Positions 54,488 to 64,000 of a stretch of 64,000 nucleotides of DNA are shown in pieces. Source of the stretch: a candidate division WOR-3 bacterium. GTDB lineage: Bacteria > Hydrothermota > Tepidihabitantia > Tepidihabitantales > Tepidihabitantaceae. The stretch is taken from NCBI GenBank assembly GCA_039801085.1, contig JBDRTY010000002.1:193339-257338 (forward strand), read 5' to 3'. Below the pieces are notes generated by a model. The model was not told where the DNA came from, did no database searches, and saw nothing but the letters and a program-made list of their open reading frames with translations. The position numbers and the translations under genes were made by a program. Within the stretch, counting starts at the first letter, position 1. The number at the start of each line of letters is the position of its first letter.

Positions 54488-56947
54488 TTACCTCACAGTT
54501 TTCGGAGCTTTCATCTGCTCATACCGGGTTCTGCCGGCAGCGGTGCGGAAGTTGATGCCGTCCGCCTTCCCCTCCCGCTCCAGCTGGTCCATACAGCCGG
54601 AGAGGAACTCATCATCCAGCATCCGGCCGGCGAGCGCACCGGTCTTTTTCTGCTCCACCGGCATCAGCCTTCTGATCACCTCGGCTGAGACATCAGCCCG
54701 CTCACCGGTCACGAGCCAGTAGACCCTGGTGCCCGGTCTGCCGCCGATGACAAACCGGTTGCCCTTTACATCCTCAAGGAGATAGACCTCTGAGGTGCCG
54801 ACGCCGGTGAGCTGGACATGGGGGTTGCGGTTGAGTGCGGAGAAGTAGTCGGGCAGGTTGACCTCGGCTCTGCCCGAGGCATCAAGGGTCACCACACCCC
54901 GGTAGATGTTGAGCATCTCCGGACCCTCAACGAAGTAATGGTTGAGGATCTTGCCGTAGGGGTCAAGCGGATGGTCGATCGTAAAGCTGCCGCCTGCCTT
55001 GGACAGGGTGCCGCAGCGGAGCTGGTTGGAGGCGGTGGCGGTCTGGCCGTTGAAGGCGGCGGAGTTGTTGTAGCCGAAAGGCACTACGGAACCGTAGTTG
55101 GTGGTAAAGCTGTAAGGAGCTGCCGAGGTGTCACACCAGCCGCAGGTAACGGCACCTGAGGCACTTGCAACTGACGCGAAACCGCACAGAGCCGCCGAGT
55201 TCATACCACTGGCAGTATTGCGCTCGCCGGCAACCACCGACCAGCTGCCGCTGGCGAGATTGGAACTGCCCCCCAATACGGCTGAATACGAGCCGAAGGC
55301 GTTGTTGTTGGCACCGCCGGTAATACAGGCATAGTTGTTGTTAGTTCTGTTGTTATATCCACCACCGATTGCGGACCAGGAACCAGGGGCGGAGTTGCTG
55401 TCGCCACCGGCAACCACCGCCTCGGTGCCACTAGCGGTATTCCAACGACCGCCGCCGATAAAGGCATCACCACCGCTGGCGGTATTTCGGTATCCGCCAC
55501 AGACGGCTGAATTTACGGCAGAGGCAATGTTTGCACCGCCGCCAGCAACAGTGGAGTTCAAGCCCTGTGCCGAATTGTTCCCACCGCCGCCGACGAATGC
55601 CCCAATATTGCTGGCAGTGTTGTTACTGCCACCACATACGGTTGCGCCCGTATTGCTGGCAACATTGTTCTGGCCTCCGAGAATCGATGCGTAGGGAGCG
55701 GTTGCGATGTTACGGTAACCACCAGCCACAATTACCGCGGTGTCAACGTCATCGTTTCCGGCGACGTTGCCCTGACCGGCGAGGATACCGCCCAGATAGC
55801 CGGTGACGGTATCACCATAGCCGTTGCCGACGAAGCCGTACATCGAGTTGACAATATTGCGGTTACCATTGACCACCGTGGACATGGTGTTCCGGGCTGA
55901 ATTCATGAGGCCGTTGCCGATTAGAGCGTGGTTGCCCTTGGCGGCGTTATTGATACCGCCCAGAACGGTGGAGTACATCATATTGTAGCCGCTCGTCCCG
56001 GTTGTGCAGTAGACGCCGAAGTTGATGTGGGTGTTGCGGGCCAAGCCATGCAGGACATTTCCGGCACCACCCCGGGCAATGCCCAGATACCGGATGGTGA
56101 AGAGCACCGAGTCCTGAGATTCGCGGACCCAGTCCTGATCACCAGTGCCGGTCCCGACACTGTCATTTCTCGGTGCCCAGGCCGAGCCGGTCCACTTCAG
56201 TACCTGCCCGACGGTGGCACCCATCTGGTTGATGTCGGCACCGGTGATCGTGCCATCCTGAATCTTTGCTGAGGTAACGGCATTGTCCGCCAGATCCGCA
56301 GTCTGCACCTGACCGTCGGTGATCATCCCGCTCGTCACCGAGTTTGCCTGTCCCTCGTTCACATACCGGCCATCCAGACCGGTAACGGTGTAACCGCCAA
56401 CCCGCTGCGCACCACCCGCACTGTCAACATAGGTATGGGTGTGATTCGCCCGGGCAAAGTAGGTCGTGTCCCGGCCCTGAAAGAGATCGGCGTTGGCCGC
56501 CCGCTCGGTCAGAAAGGCATAGGCAGAGGAGACGATCCGCAGCCGCGGCGTCAGCTCGGCACCCGCACCCACCTGGAGCGAGAGATAGAGCACTCCCGCA
56601 TCCGGAAGAGAGGTAATCGGGGTGATTGAACCCAGCAGCACCGAGAACAGCCCGTTGCGGACCAGCACGGTCTGTGCCTCGGTCCAGAACGGTGTGCCGC
56701 CGGTCTCCTGGGTGTAGAGCCGGAAGGTGAGCTGGTAGTTGCCATCCGGGACCGGATTGCCCAGACTGTCGGTCAGCCGGCCCTGATAGGAGAGCAGGCG
56801 GGGAATGGTGATCGCATCGGTGTTAGCGATCAGCGGCTCTCTGCCCACGGTAGCCTGAGAACCGGGCACTACTGCCGAAGGCTCACCCGCCTGGACGATA
56901 CCCGCGATCAGGGTGAGCATGAGTGCCAGCATCATTTTTATGTGCAT
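54488..56947 (-). CDS. Secreted tail-fibre-like repeat protein (Gly/Asn-rich beta-helical repeats plus a conserved C-terminal IDHPLDP domain)
   Basis: It has a signal peptide and a long run of about 14-aa repeats (GG..N.AS...A.V.GG). The C-terminal block FTIDHPLDPYGKILNHYFVEGPEMLNIYRG is typical of bacterial 'tail fiber domain-containing' proteins. Confidence 0.6.
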   Translation of the reverse strand: MHIKMMLALMLTLIAGIVQAGEPSAVVPGSQATVGREPLIANTDAITIPRLLSYQGRLTDSLGNPVPDGNYQLTFRLYTQETGGTPFWTEAQTVLVRNGLFSVLLGSITPITSLPDAGVLYLSLQVGAGAELTPRLRIVSSAYAFLTERAANADLFQGRDTTYFARANHTHTYVDSAGGAQRVGGYTVTGLDGRYVNEGQANSVTSGMITDGQVQTADLADNAVTSAKIQDGTITGADINQMGATVGQVLKWTGSAWAPRNDSVGTGTGDQDWVRESQDSVLFTIRYLGIARGGAGNVLHGLARNTHINFGVYCTTGTSGYNMMYSTVLGGINNAAKGNHALIGNGLMNSARNTMSTVVNGNRNIVNSMYGFVGNGYGDTVTGYLGGILAGQGNVAGNDDVDTAVIVAGGYRNIATAPYASILGGQNNVASNTGATVCGGSNNTASNIGAFVGGGGNNSAQGLNSTVAGGGANIASAVNSAVCGGYRNTASGGDAFIGGGRWNTASGTEAVVAGGDSNSAPGSWSAIGGGYNNRTNNNYACITGGANNNAFGSYSAVLGGSSNLASGSWSVVAGERNTASGMNSAALCGFASVASASGAVTCGWCDTSAAPYSFTTNYGSVVPFGYNNSAAFNGQTATASNQLRCGTLSKAGGSFTIDHPLDPYGKILNHYFVEGPEMLNIYRGVVTLDASGRAEVNLPDYFSALNRNPHVQLTGVGTSEVYLLEDVKGNRFVIGGRPGTRVYWLVTGERADVSAEVIRRLMPVEQKKTGALAGRMLDDEFLSGCMDQLEREGKADGINFRTAAGRTRYEQMKAPKTVR

Positions 56948-57070
56948 AGCACCTCCTTTTGGTTTTTAGTTTTAAGGTTTACCTTACTCACCTCTGGTCA
57001 GGGGGGAGTCTGACCAAACCATGGAAATATATCTTTCTAAAATCGGTTGTCAATATTTTTTGGGGGGGCG

Positions 57071-59365
57071 TTACTCCCGGATGTCGTAGACCGCACCGAG
57101 GTTGGTGGCGGCGACACCCTTGAGGGTGAATTTCAGCCCACCGGCGATGAAATGCTCGGGATCATCCATCATCGAGAAAATCTGCAGATGCTCCCGCTCG
57201 TCATTGAAGATCCAGAGCGCCAGCGCCGGTGTATAATCCCGGAGCGTTTTCCGCTGCTGGAAGATTTCCCGGGACACGGTCCGGAAGTCGGTGATCCTGT
57301 CGCCGAAGCCGGCGGTGTCCACTGGCAGAGGCAGGTCAGCAAACGGGATAATAATCGTCTTATAGCGCCGGACCAGTTCCGGGTCCTCGAGCAGCCGGCA
57401 GAGCTGGAGCAGGGTCTGATGCAGCGGAGAACCTTCATACTTCAGCCCCTTGAGCTCAATCAGGGTGTCATGTCTAGCAAAGTAGCAGCGCCGGTCCGGA
57501 TAGCGCAGGGTCAGGGCGGGATTGAAGATGCCGAGGTTCCGGCAGTAGACCACCGGTCCGTCAAGAGTCAGCCGGTTATAGGAAAATCCGTTGCCGAAAT
57601 GATCACAGAAGACCAGTGCGTTGTTCAGGCCCGCCCGCTTCACCGTTTTGTGCACCGTCGCGCTCACCCCGCCGTAGGTATGATACTCGCGCCAGAGCGG
57701 CGGCAGGGCAATTCCCGCAAGAAAGAGCAGGCACAGCACCAGCGCGCGGGGAAAGAACCGGTGCAGGGCGGTTCTTTCTGCCGGCAGACCGAAGGTCCGG
57801 TGCAGCAGTTCGGGCAGGGTTATCAGCCCGCGGGCTCCAAGCAGGAGGAGTGCGGCTGAGGACTCATAAAGAAAGCGCGGTCCGAAGCAGAGGTTGTGAA
57901 ACCAGTAGAAGAAGTAGGCGACAAGCAGGGAAAGGAAGGTGGCAAAAAGGAGTCGGTCATTTCTGTTCTTTGTGCCACGGGCAAGTGGGATGAGGATGAG
58001 CAGCAGGGCAGGAAAGGGCAGTTCAAAGAGAAACTTGTTCAAAAGGTTCAGATTGTTGCCGGTATTCATCAGTCCCTGGTAAGGGGTGTGCGGCGGACCC
58101 CAGCCCGAATGGCCGAAGCCGATCTCATGCCCCGGACCCCACTTGACCACATAGCCGAAGAGCGTCGGACTGCCATTGGCAAGCCAGTTGTAGACAAACA
58201 CCAGGCTGGTCAGGGCAAAGGTGGCGAGAAGTAGAATCAGCAACCGGAGGAAATACCGTCGGGGTGCGCGGAAAAAGATTATCAGGCTGTAAATCGCAAA
58301 CGGCACGCCGAGCGCCAGTGCGGTATAGGGCCGGATATTGGCAACCAGCCCGAGACAGCTGCCGGCAAGGAGCGGATTGAGGGGCGAGGACTGACGGAGC
58401 GTCCGGAAGAAAAACAGCAGAAACAGGCTGGCAAAGAGCAGGGCTGAGGCGTGGTTCATGTACTCCGAGGACATGTTGAAGATGAAGGGCGAGGCGAGGC
58501 CCAGCAGCGCGCCCAGCCTGCCGGTGCGTTCGTCATAAAGCTCCTTTCCCAGAAGATAGATCACCGGCAGGGTCAAGGTGCCGAGGAGCGGATTGAGTAG
58601 CCAGGGCGCTTTCAGAAAGACAAAGAGCATCAGCAGAAAGGAGTGGAGCCAGGGATACTGGGAGTACCACCGGCCGTTGTTGATGATGTGGGTGTAGTCA
58701 AAGAAGTCGGGAAAGGGTGGTGAGGTCAGATGGATTCGGCCGGTGGCAAAGATTCGCGCCTGGAACAGCTGGGAGATTGAATCCTGAACATGGGGCAAAT
58801 GTTCAAAGACAAACCAGGAGATCAGACCGGTCAGGACCAAAAAAAGCAGGCAAACCAGCAGGAGAAACCGGCGGGCAGGCAGGTTCATCAGCCCGCGGTA
58901 GAGCCGGTTGAGGGGTGTGTCGGCAAACCGCAGTCCGGGATACAGGGCAAAGAGCAGGAGCGCAAAGCCGGCGCTGGCAAGTGAAAGGTAGAGCACCAGC
59001 TGGGCGCCGGTCTCATGCTGTTTGGCGGTATCAAAGTCAAACGGGTAGAGGCTGAAAAGGAGCAGGGCAAGGGCAAGGACAAACGGCAGGGCGGTGTCGA
59101 GCCGGCGGAATGGAGCAATGAGCGCCCGGCGGAAACCGGGGAAAGCCAGTCCGAACAGGAGCAGAAGTACCAGCAGTCCGGCAACGAGCCAGAGCACCGG
59201 GAAGTAGTATGCCTCATCCGGTTTCATTCCGGGCAGGCGGAAGAAGACGCTCGGCAGTCCGGTCAGCTGCCAGTGGTCACCCCAGAGCCAGCGTTTGCCG
59301 GTGTAGTTGTTCAGTCCGGCAAGAAAGATAAAGATACCGCCCAGGATGCCGGCTGGTATCCGCAA
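57071..59365 (-). CDS. Large polytopic membrane protein, putative GT-C-type glycosyltransferase (ArnT/PMT-like)
   Basis: It has more than 12 TM helices and an N-terminal region resembling GT-C sugar transferases. The assignment is by architecture only. Confidence 0.45.
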   Translation of the reverse strand: MRIPAGILGGIFIFLAGLNNYTGKRWLWGDHWQLTGLPSVFFRLPGMKPDEAYYFPVLWLVAGLLVLLLLFGLAFPGFRRALIAPFRRLDTALPFVLALALLLFSLYPFDFDTAKQHETGAQLVLYLSLASAGFALLLFALYPGLRFADTPLNRLYRGLMNLPARRFLLLVCLLFLVLTGLISWFVFEHLPHVQDSISQLFQARIFATGRIHLTSPPFPDFFDYTHIINNGRWYSQYPWLHSFLLMLFVFLKAPWLLNPLLGTLTLPVIYLLGKELYDERTGRLGALLGLASPFIFNMSSEYMNHASALLFASLFLLFFFRTLRQSSPLNPLLAGSCLGLVANIRPYTALALGVPFAIYSLIIFFRAPRRYFLRLLILLLATFALTSLVFVYNWLANGSPTLFGYVVKWGPGHEIGFGHSGWGPPHTPYQGLMNTGNNLNLLNKFLFELPFPALLLILIPLARGTKNRNDRLLFATFLSLLVAYFFYWFHNLCFGPRFLYESSAALLLLGARGLITLPELLHRTFGLPAERTALHRFFPRALVLCLLFLAGIALPPLWREYHTYGGVSATVHKTVKRAGLNNALVFCDHFGNGFSYNRLTLDGPVVYCRNLGIFNPALTLRYPDRRCYFARHDTLIELKGLKYEGSPLHQTLLQLCRLLEDPELVRRYKTIIIPFADLPLPVDTAGFGDRITDFRTVSREIFQQRKTLRDYTPALALWIFNDEREHLQIFSMMDDPEHFIAGGLKFTLKGVAATNLGAVYDIRE

Positions 59366-59486
59366 TACGACGGTCAGTGCGCGAGAAAGCCGGGTTGGTG
59401 CGGTGCTTCCCGCCGGCGCAATCTGTCTTTTTTTCTCCTGATGGCGTGCGATGGGGAATTATAGCCGGCAGCCGGTCAGAATCAAA

Positions 59487-59774
59487 TCAGGAGCCGGAAA
59501 CCGGGATGACCGCCGGAACCGGAGTCAGATTCTCAAAATCCACCAGATAGAGTGCGCAGCGAATCCGGCTGTCCGGAAAATCCGGACCGAGGCGCAGCTG
59601 AAGCCGGACTGCGGCGGTGAGCTCGTCAAGATGGTTGTTGATCACCGATTGGGTCGAATCGGCCTTGACCTCACCAATCAGATAATAACATGGAACCGGC
59701 TGTTCGGGGTCAAAAAAGAGGACCTGAAAGGTTTTCATTTTTTTAAATTGCGAGATGGCTGAGATTTTTGCCAT
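59487..59774 (-). CDS. Small hypothetical protein (95 aa) overlapping the 3' end of the nuclease gene
   Basis: It is a GC-rich ORF with no recognisable domain. Confidence 0.35.
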   Translation of the reverse strand: MAKISAISQFKKMKTFQVLFFDPEQPVPCYYLIGEVKADSTQSVINNHLDELTAAVRLQLRLGPDFPDSRIRCALYLVDFENLTPVPAVIPVSGS

Positions 59775-60816
59775 TTAACAATATGCTAAAGTTATTAGAT
59801 TGTGCCTCTTGTTTTAGTAATTTTAAAATATCGCGCTGATGCGGCTTAAGTGCTTGAGGTTTGAATTGACAACCGCTTGTTAGTTTAAGCATAGGGGACG
59901 GTAGATATTTTTGATCCCCGATCCGCACATTTTTAAGATTCACAAGAAGAATCATCTTCAATAACCCATCCTTGATGTCGTCAATAGATGGAATAACGTT
60001 ATTACGGCTGTGCTTGCATTCAATCAACCGTATTTTTCTGTCACGGAGTTCAACTTCATCACAGGTGAAATAATACATCCCCCCAAGGTAATTTCTAATA
60101 GTCAATGTTGCCTTTTTGCCAGAAACTGATTCTTTGGGTTGAATAGTTACGCTTTCTCGATATTGAGCATGCTGAGCCTTGGTCCGTGATGCAGCGATGA
60201 AATTTTCCCGTCCCCTACTTAATTCACTAATTATTTTTTGCGCGCTTTCTGTTGAGTGCATCTGCACCCCAGTTTGTTCAGATATTGTTTTATATGCTCT
60301 TAATGCGCGGTGTGCAATTATGCCAACCTGCTCCAGCTGTTCTAAATTCCAGTGCAAGGCATCGGACTGATATGATAGAAGTTTGTTAATTTCTCGGAGG
60401 ATGTGGTTTATTGCAAAACGCTGGTTTGTAATTTTATTTTTGTAATTTATATTGCGTTCTGCATTATCATAGTAGGAGATTATAACATAAACCCCTAAAA
60501 GACTCATCAAGGAAACGGTATCCCACTGGAGAAAATCCCGGTCACCATCAGCACCCTCATCCTTGTAAACCGGGATTATGGTAATCTTGCGACCCGGGAA
60601 ACTTAATGTATCATATACGCGAGCATAAGGATAAGAGCGGGTTCGTTTTGGTGAAACCCACCAGCTGACCGCTAATTGGTTCTGGCTTTTGAATGTAATG
60701 AGGAAAGCGCCCTGCTGTTTTAACGCTTCGCCAATACTCTGAAACAAGTAAGATTTCAATTCACGGGTAAGATAAGGTTTATATTTAAGTCCGGTGATTT
60801 CAGCTGATACATCCAT
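59743..60816 (-). CDS. Putative Type II restriction endonuclease (PD-(D/E)xK candidate)
   Basis: It overlaps the upstream MTase gene by 17 nt. It is AT-rich (about 38% GC). A candidate catalytic triad is ...TCDEVEL...IECKHS. No other domain was found. Confidence 0.5.
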   Translation of the reverse strand: MDVSAEITGLKYKPYLTRELKSYLFQSIGEALKQQGAFLITFKSQNQLAVSWWVSPKRTRSYPYARVYDTLSFPGRKITIIPVYKDEGADGDRDFLQWDTVSLMSLLGVYVIISYYDNAERNINYKNKITNQRFAINHILREINKLLSYQSDALHWNLEQLEQVGIIAHRALRAYKTISEQTGVQMHSTESAQKIISELSRGRENFIAASRTKAQHAQYRESVTIQPKESVSGKKATLTIRNYLGGMYYFTCDEVELRDRKIRLIECKHSRNNVIPSIDDIKDGLLKMILLVNLKNVRIGDQKYLPSPMLKLTSGCQFKPQALKPHQRDILKLLKQEAQSNNFSILLNGKNLSHLAI

Positions 60817-61711
60817 ACTTTCCGCCTTTGCGTATTATTATTTCAAATGTATCACCATGATGGTCCATTGTCATTTGTCCTGAAAAACCTAACTTTTTTG
60901 ATATTATCGGTAAAAGCGATTTCTTGATTTCAATTCCAATGCTATTACGACCCAACTGCCGTGCAACCTTCATTGTTGTTCCACTGCCGACAAATGGGTC
61001 AAGCACGGTTTCACCAACATAAGAGAAGAGTTTGATAATTCGGTAGGGCAGTTCCTCTGGGAAGGCGGCAATTTCCTTTTCAAGGGGAGAGCCGGGGAGG
61101 ACATTTACCATTTCCCAGAGAGTCATGTACCACTTGTTATCAGAAAATTCTTTTAAATTGATCCGCGATGCTTCTCTGATTTCACGAGGTATTGTTTGAT
61201 AATTAAATTTCCCTTTTTGAAATATAATAATGCTTTCAAGCAGGTTGTCGGGATAAAAATACATGGGGTATGGATTTTGCAGTATTACGCCACTTCTTCG
61301 GCTAATTCGCAAATAGCCGTCAGGTTTTTTCCAAATGATCCGGTCTCGGTATCGGAAACCAACGCTTTGGAATATTTTAATTGCATCAGCGACAATGGGA
61401 AATTTTTCGCCGTTAACAAGCATGTCATCAATGTTTAACACCGCAATCCGACCTTCTTGGAGTACGCGAAAAGTTTCTTTGGCCATTCTTCTGAGTACCC
61501 CCAAATACTGGCCATAGTTTTTAAATAACCCTTTGTAATCAAATGGAGCATTGAAATAAGGTGGCGATGTAACCATTAGATGCACACTTTGGTCGGGGAT
61601 TTCGGGCATTGCCATACAGTTGCCGATGATTAGTTTATGATGGGTTTTGGGGTAAATGTGATCAAACTCAAACTTTGGGGAAACGGTATTATTCTTAGTT
61701 TTAATGTCCAT
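60800..61711 (-). CDS. Beta-class N4/N6 DNA methyltransferase (PF01555)
   Basis: Motif IV (MVTSPPYFN) is N-terminal and motif I (VLDPFVGSGTT) is C-terminal. The middle region is RVLQEGRIAVLNIDD...IIWKK. It is AT-rich. Confidence 0.85.
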   Translation of the reverse strand: MDIKTKNNTVSPKFEFDHIYPKTHHKLIIGNCMAMPEIPDQSVHLMVTSPPYFNAPFDYKGLFKNYGQYLGVLRRMAKETFRVLQEGRIAVLNIDDMLVNGEKFPIVADAIKIFQSVGFRYRDRIIWKKPDGYLRISRRSGVILQNPYPMYFYPDNLLESIIIFQKGKFNYQTIPREIREASRINLKEFSDNKWYMTLWEMVNVLPGSPLEKEIAAFPEELPYRIIKLFSYVGETVLDPFVGSGTTMKVARQLGRNSIGIEIKKSLLPIISKKLGFSGQMTMDHHGDTFEIIIRKGGKYGCIS

Positions 61712-62192
61712 CTTTGATTGTTATTGGGATTATACAAGTCTGTTTTACAGATGTCAATCTGCCCACAGTTAAAATTTGGGCAAGAGCATGAATGGGGCAG
61801 TGTAAAACAGGCTGTTTTAATTGCGCCATTAAATTATTAGAGTCAGCAATCATGATAAATTTAACAGTTGAGCAACGATTCTAGCGGGAAAATTGATTTA
61901 AGATTTTTAATATGAATATATTACAAAATTGGTCTTCTCATTTTTGGGGTATCCCCCCGGCAGTTCCCTATACGGTGGAGGTCAGGGGTTTAGTTGCGGT
62001 GGGGACGGCAGAGGGGTTGGGAATGTAAGTTGCTGTTTTTATTAGCGGTTATGTTTTAGATTATGCCGGGAAATGGCATCTGTTTCCGGTTATGGTGGTT
62101 GTTTGTATCGTTTATTTTTTTATATTTGTGGTATTTGTGGGGATGATATGAGCTTTATAACCGTTTATAACAGCTTTGGTGGTGATGATGAT

Positions 62193-63002
62193 TTAAAATA
62201 TTGGTGATGGTGGAAGGCTGGATGCGGGTGGTGGTGGTTCGGTGGTGGCGATCTCGAGCCGGAACTGTCGGCCATAGGGCTGGTAGCCGACCGCACGGGC
62301 GGTGGCAATCGATGCGGGGTTGAGGTCAGAGGTCAGATAGACCGGTATCCTGCCGGACTTAATCACCGCCCTGGTGGCAAAGGAGAGGCAGGTTTTGCCG
62401 TAGCCTTCGCGCCGTTTTGCCGGAATCGTTCCCGGAACAAGCATCTCCGCAATCTGGTCCTGGAGGTGAGGAACCTCCCAGGTGCCGGCAACCGAGACCG
62501 GAAGGTCCCCTTCAAAGACCGCATAGCAGGTGCCCTCGGCGATGCTTTTGTCAAGGCAGGTGTCGTACAGTCCGGCGTTCCGGAGCGCCGGTATGTCGGC
62601 GGTGGTGAGCGGGCGGCAGGGGTAGAGTTCGACCGCACGGAAGGTGGCGCGGGTGGCAAAGAGGATCGGTCCGGAGAAGGCGCTGACCCGGCCGGAGGCA
62701 TTGAGGGCGCGGGCAACCGTCTCCAGAATCATCCTTCTGCCTTCGGGAAGGTGGAAGATGGTGAGGGGCATGCGGGCGAACAGTTTTCTGAGCGGTGTTT
62801 CCAGTGCCGGCTGGACTGAGATGACACAGCGGCTGCCGGTTGCAATCAGCCAGAGGGCAAAGGGGTTTTCGTAGTGGGGTTCGGGGAGTTCGCGGCGGTT
62901 GGAGGGTATGACCAGTGCCCGGCCCGGAGTGACTTTGGCAAGGTCACATTCCAGGTAAAGGGAGAAGAAGCGGTCGAGGAGGGGACGGACCGTTTCAGAC
63001 AT
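62193..63002 (-). CDS. GNAT-family N-acetyltransferase-like protein
   Basis: The C-terminal half has R-x-x-G-x-G (RREGYGK) and a GNAT-like beta-alpha pattern. Confidence is modest. Confidence 0.45.
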   Translation of the reverse strand: MSETVRPLLDRFFSLYLECDLAKVTPGRALVIPSNRRELPEPHYENPFALWLIATGSRCVISVQPALETPLRKLFARMPLTIFHLPEGRRMILETVARALNASGRVSAFSGPILFATRATFRAVELYPCRPLTTADIPALRNAGLYDTCLDKSIAEGTCYAVFEGDLPVSVAGTWEVPHLQDQIAEMLVPGTIPAKRREGYGKTCLSFATRAVIKSGRIPVYLTSDLNPASIATARAVGYQPYGRQFRLEIATTEPPPPASSLPPSPIF

Positions 63003-63955
63003 TATTCATCAGTTTTTCTGCGGAAGAGGTCAAGGAAACGGTCTTCGTATAAATGGAAGAGTCCCCAGCGGTCCAGTTCCTCCTTGAGTTCCCTGGCCTT
63101 GGAGCGGTCGCGCTGTGCTTCTTCAAAGAGCTGTTCGATGTGTGCCATCAGTTCGTGGGGTTCGGGTTTTTCTGCCGGTTCGGTTCTTTCGCCCGGTTCG
63201 CCCTCATCTTCCGGTTCCTCGTTACGGCGCAGTGCTTCAAGGGCAGCGGCGACCCGGCGTTCAAATTCGCCGAGCATCCGGTCGGTTTCGCGGATGCGCT
63301 CATCCAGTTCGGTCATGTCGATCGTGGTGTTGAGGATTCTGAGGAAGACTTCGATGATCGCCTTGGAGGCTTTGGGGTTGGGCGCTTCAATCGCATACTG
63401 GGGCATGGTGGCGAGGAAGGAGGCGGCAGGGATTTCGCGCGATTTTGCCAGGCCGAGCAGGAGTCCGTTGAGGCCGGAGATTCTGCCCTCCTTGAGCGGT
63501 TCAATGCCGAGGCTGATGAAGCGCTGGCGCATCGTTTCATCGGTGGCAACGCCGAAAACCTTTGAGGGCTGGCGGTAGCTCATGGCGGTGGCAAAGGCGG
63601 CACCGGTGAAGACGGTGCCGATGCCCGCCTGCTGGGCAACATCGAGGAGTTCGCTGGCAATTCTGATTCCGGCTTCGCCGGCGATCTGGGCTTCACCTTC
63701 AAAAATCAATAGCGGCGGTTCGGCAACATAGAAGAGGGTCTGGCGCGGGGGCGGGAGGATGGTGCCGATGCCGTCCCGGACCTCAATTGAGTCGGGCAGG
63801 AAGTAGGGGGTGGCGTCAATCTCGGCATAGGGTTCACCGCCGAGCTTGACCCGCAAATAGCTGGCAGCGAGGATGCCGACATGGCCCATGCCGGGCCAGC
63901 AGGCAATGAGCAGTGGTGCGTGCACCCTTTTTTCGGAATAGAACTTTACCGGCAT
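63002..63955 (-). CDS. PAC2-family protein
   Basis: Its N-terminus (LLIACWPGMGHVGILAASYL) matches the PAC2 (PF09754) family signature. It has an acidic C-terminal tail. Confidence 0.55.
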   Translation of the reverse strand: MPVKFYSEKRVHAPLLIACWPGMGHVGILAASYLRVKLGGEPYAEIDATPYFLPDSIEVRDGIGTILPPPRQTLFYVAEPPLLIFEGEAQIAGEAGIRIASELLDVAQQAGIGTVFTGAAFATAMSYRQPSKVFGVATDETMRQRFISLGIEPLKEGRISGLNGLLLGLAKSREIPAASFLATMPQYAIEAPNPKASKAIIEVFLRILNTTIDMTELDERIRETDRMLGEFERRVAAALEALRRNEEPEDEGEPGERTEPAEKPEPHELMAHIEQLFEEAQRDRSKARELKEELDRWGLFHLYEDRFLDLFRRKTDE

Positions 63956-64000
63956 ACTATAATATTTTAACAGGAAATTACAGTCTTATCAACCAGTTTT

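Noticed and set aside
1-64000. CRISPR arrays, integrases, transposases and prophage structural genes
   Set aside because: The only regular-spaced direct repeats found are the 102-nt TPR repeats and the two structured intergenic elements. No recombinase or phage gene was recognised near either low-GC island or the tRNA.

Overview
This is a high-GC (about 60-65%) bacterial chromosomal segment. Its content suggests an FCB-group or related candidate-phylum organism: several secreted proteins end in T9SS-type C-terminal sorting domains, a complete Bat aerotolerance operon is present, and lpxC and fabZ sit adjacent in a lipid A cluster. The backbone is mostly housekeeping. It includes a tRNA-Val, an ABC transporter pair, an MFS transporter, the cluster folC-lpxA-fabZ-lpxC-lpxD-skp, a radical-SAM methylthiotransferase, rpsA-ispH-plsC-cmk, moxR through batE, ribokinase, a transaldolase-family gene, an ECF sigma/anti-sigma pair, mnmA, trmFO, mgtE, osmC, an ompA-family gene and msrAB. 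Three segments have markedly lower GC than the backbone and look horizontally acquired. (1) The tRNA-Val-proximal block at 784-3360 encodes a STAND-like P-loop NTPase with a LuxR HTH in the middle and C-terminal TPRs, next to a pair of nested-hairpin repeat elements. (2) An island at 22792-26700 carries a small ORF, nfi, a DNA methyltransferase with permuted motif order, a translationally coupled 194-aa unknown, and an MGMT/ATL-fold protein lacking the catalytic cysteine; I consider this the best candidate for an undescribed DNA-modification or defence module. (3) An island at 59487-62190 carries a compact Type II R-M pair (beta-class N4/N6 MTase plus a PD-ExK nuclease candidate). No CRISPR array, integrase or transposase was found. 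Most other long ORFs in the six-frame track are antisense artefacts of the high GC. My own coordinates may be off by 1-2 nt where I adjusted starts away from the track.
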